A DNA stretch of 64,000 nucleotides from the human T2T-CHM13v2.0 reference genome, Homo sapiens: the NCBI RefSeq assembly GCF_009914755.1, contig NC_060934.1; one strand, 5' to 3'. The stretch's first letter is position 1. Each line of letters begins with the position of its first letter. Position numbers and translations under genes: made by a program. This document shows positions 59,767-64,000 of this stretch, one piece after another. The notes under the pieces are model-generated. The model had not been told where the DNA came from, did no database searches, and was given only the letters and a program-made list of their open reading frames with translations.

Positions 59767-60550
59767 CTGGAGTAGAGAAAACTAAAAGCAAATGCACTCA
59801 TCACAGTACAATCAATCAAAGCCATTCATTTGATATTGGTGACATAGTCTGCATTAATTAAATCTTAAGTGTGCAATGATGCTAAGTTTAAAAAAGATGA
59901 TTTTCTCCATCAGTATTTTAGCTTCATACATTTTATCATTTCACAACAGGAGTCCACTTAGGGTATGTTTCTATAATTAATCCAAATCAAAAATGGATTA
60001 ATTAACTTTCACAACATAATTCAGAATGGAATCTAATTAATTCATTTAATAAATGATTATTTCCCTCAATTTATTAATTTACTGAATGTCGTTTCCTCCT
60101 ATAGATGTTGACCAGAGTTTCATCTTTATAAGATTTTGTAAGCACCAGGCTAGCATAGAACAAGATAGTCTGATCTTAAATCAAATTTTCTTTAAAAGAG
60201 TCAAATTATCCAGCAACTAGAAAATATTTTTGTAAAGTAAATCAGATAGAGATGCCTGGATCTATTCTATATTTTTATTAAGTAGCATTATTAGTGTTTC
60301 AGGCAATCAATATACCCAGGTATAGCTGATGCCTCTCTTTGTATATGGCAAAAGTAAAGACTCCTGTCTCATTGCTGGCTGGATCTCCTTCAGTGTACTC
60401 AGTGCATTCTCCATCTCTTACATAATCTGACCTCCACTCTTTCTGGAAATGCATTTCTTTTTAGAGACAAGAGAAAAGGAAATCCTTGTTGAGTCTAAAT
60501 GCATTGAGAGAGACTCCTGGAAAGATAAAAGTCCTCCAGGTTACCTTTAA

Positions 60551-60939
<389 letters not shown>

Positions 60940-62388
60940 CACCTGCTTTAACACTAGCTTCTAGTTTAGAAAGAAATACTTTCAAATAAAAAATAAATCT
61001 CAGCACAGACCACAAAAAATTTACCAAAAATCACAATCTGGAGCAAAAGTCAATGAAATGCACTGTCAGGAATCTAAGCTAAATGAAATAAATTATTTAT
61101 CACATATCCTGCCAACATTCAGGCCTTGGTAGCCAAGGTGAATAATTGAATTAAACATCCAGGGCGATGTGAGAAAGGGGAGAGGCTTAGGAGTGGGGAG
61201 AGGCATCAACAACAGGAAAGTACCAACAGTTGTCTTTTACCAGGTGCTTAGCAAATGCCTAGCATTTGGATATATTGTTTGGATATATTGTTCCATTTAA
61301 TCCCTAAAACAAGCATATGGCAGGTTCACTAATATTATTCCCTTTTGAGTAAATTGAGGCTTAGAGAGGCTAAGAATCTCAATGAGGTGAAAAATAAGTC
61401 ACAGAGACTAAATTCAAATGTAATCAGTGTGACTAGTCCTCATTTTCAAACCATGCTTACTTGAGGAATTGGGTGTGGTGTGAAGGAGAGACCCAGATAA
61501 CCACTCAAACAGGGAGAGGACTTCTCCCTGGCAGTGGGCTCAGTGGCCATATGCCCTGGAGGGAGCAGGAGACAGGAGTGGTGGTGCTGTCCCCTTCCCC
61601 ACAGTAGGAGCACCAAGCATGCCACTCTGAGTGTTGTCTCAGTACTCAAGGTTTTAGTTTTTCATACAACACGGTCCCTAAAATCAAGCCAACAACCAAA
61701 CAAAAGAAATGATCATTCACTCCAGCATAGCTGGAGTGATCAGAGAAGGCATGTTGGTACCCACTGTGCTATCCTCCTAAAATTGCTTCCCCCAAAGCAA
61801 TTTCAACCCTTCTATCATGCACCTCTTGGAGAATTTAACATCTCAGTGAGAGGCAGCGCCTCCCTGCTTCTAGTCCCACACACTGTCTTCTATGTTGGAA
61901 GCCACAGGCACATCACAGGTGCTGTCTCAGCTTGTGTTTCCCAGAAACAGTCCCTGAGAAGAGAATTCTAGTAAATATAGCTTGTTTGGGAGATAGTTCC
62001 AGACAAAGATGGAGGGAGAGAAAAATGGAACAAGGAAGGGAAGGCTGGTAAAATATTCCTCAAGAGTTATCCCCTAGAAAAGATGCAGGAGCTTAAGAGG
62101 CCACTTGGACACTAACACTTTCATTGGTTGTTGCATAGAGGGGTTCCTTACTGCCCAGCCTACATAGGCAGCAAGAAGCAGAGATGCACATGTCAGTGGT
62201 TGGAAGCCCAGAGAGCTTCCACCCCAGTGGTAAGATGAGAGGTTTCAGAAAGCCATGGACAGGGCCTGCCTCAAGTGACTCTTTTTTTCCAATCATATAT
62301 ACTACAGTATTGATGATAAGTTTATAATAACTTGATATTATTACATTGATAATAACTTCAAGAAATCAAGGTCTTGAGAACTATTTAA

Positions 62389-62698
<310 letters not shown>

Positions 62699-62784
62699 AA
62701 AATTTTTTCTTTACATCAATAGAATTTTTTCTCCAAAACCATTCTCATTGTTTTTCTAATAAGTTTTTGTTTGTTACGTTTATA

Positions 62785-63200
62785 AAGTCTTGTGAGTACA
62801 TAATAGGTATATATATATTTACGGGGTACATGAGATGTTTTGATACAGGCATGCAATGTCCACCTTATGGACCATGGGGTATCCATCCCATCAAGCATTT
62901 ATCCTTTAAGTTACAAACAATCCAATTACACTCTTTAAGTTATTTTAAAATGTACAGTTGAGTTATTATTGACTATAATCATCCTATTGTGCTATCAAAC
63001 AGTAGGTCATATTTATTCTTTCTATTTTTTGTACCCATTAATGATTCCAATCTCCAACCCCTTTCGAGGCCCCACTACCCTTTCCAGACTCTGGTAACCA
63101 TGACATTCTACCCTCCGTGTCCATGAGTTCAATTATTCTGATTTTTAGATCCCACAAATAAATGAGAATATGTGATATTTCTCTTCCGGTGCTTGGCTCT
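62785..63200 (-). mobile_element. L1MA2/3-like 3' end
   Basis: 'gtacataataggtatatat...ggggtacatgagatgttttgatacaggcatgcaat...tttttagatcccacaaataaatgagaa'. Confidence 0.8.
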
Positions 63201-64000
63201 GAATGACCCAAAATACTTCTTTGTATTTGGTTGCAGTCAGTATGTCTATTTGCAGAAAGGCAAGTAGATGAATAGATTTCCATACAGGAGAGAGATAAAA
63301 ATAGATGCCAAGACAGAGGGGGGGCAATAGGGAACAGGTTGAGAGGCAAGACACAGATATAGACACACACAGATAGTGATACGTTTCCTCCCATTTTTCA
63401 AATTTACTCTGTTCTCTAACTTGGTATAGTAGAGATGGCAAGATCTTTAGAAAAACAACTGAGTTTGAATACATTCTTGGGCAAATACTAATTGAAGATA
63501 ACTTACCAAACTTCTTTGAGCCTCTCACTATTTATGTAGGCAAGACAATAATAGCCATCTCAAAGAGTTATTGTGAGAATAAATATAAAACGCCTGAAAC
63601 ATTGGAGCTACCCATTTCAATTCATCAAACCTGCATGGCATGCACCAAGGCACAAGTTCTACTGCAGCTCTCCCTCAGTACATTTTCGTAGTGGTAGTGG
63701 TGATGCTGATGACGACAATGTACTTCTCACTAAAGTGTACTAGATGTGACATCACTTTCACACCATTTGTCTTCACTTCCAGGTCTTGTATGGCCAATCT
63801 TCTCTCTGGCTTTTCAGGGGTACTTTTGTTTTACTGCTAACATAACAATATTATGATGAGAAACAGAACTTGCTGAAAGAAAATACACCTTCCATGGACA
63901 ATTACCTTCTTGGAGTCTGAATATTAAGAAATAGACAAGTGTGTTGTCTGGAGTGAGATTCACATATCTGGAACATCACTCTTGTTGCTAATATCACAAC

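Overview
This is human genomic DNA, identified by human-specific AluYa5 and L1HS-Ta diagnostic bases. It is AT-rich and CpG-poor, with no CpG island and no intact protein-coding gene I can recognise, so it is intergenic or deep intronic. Over half of it is interspersed repeat: Alus, L1s of many ages, L2, MIR, MaLR/ERV LTRs, a THE1 provirus, a truncated HERV-L with pol/dUTPase remnants, and hAT MITEs. Almost every ORF in the track is TE-derived or spurious. The most notable structures are a 139-nt near-perfect hairpin at an Alu breakpoint, a 53-bp templated insertion flanked by inverted repeats, a TSD-less L1HS-Ta insertion, an L1MA carrying four nested ERV1 LTRs, an unannotated ancient RT fossil, and a tentative chain of minus-strand non-coding exons. 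I found no convincing new biological system. Repeat subfamily names come from recalled consensus sequences and need RepeatMasker/Dfam confirmation.
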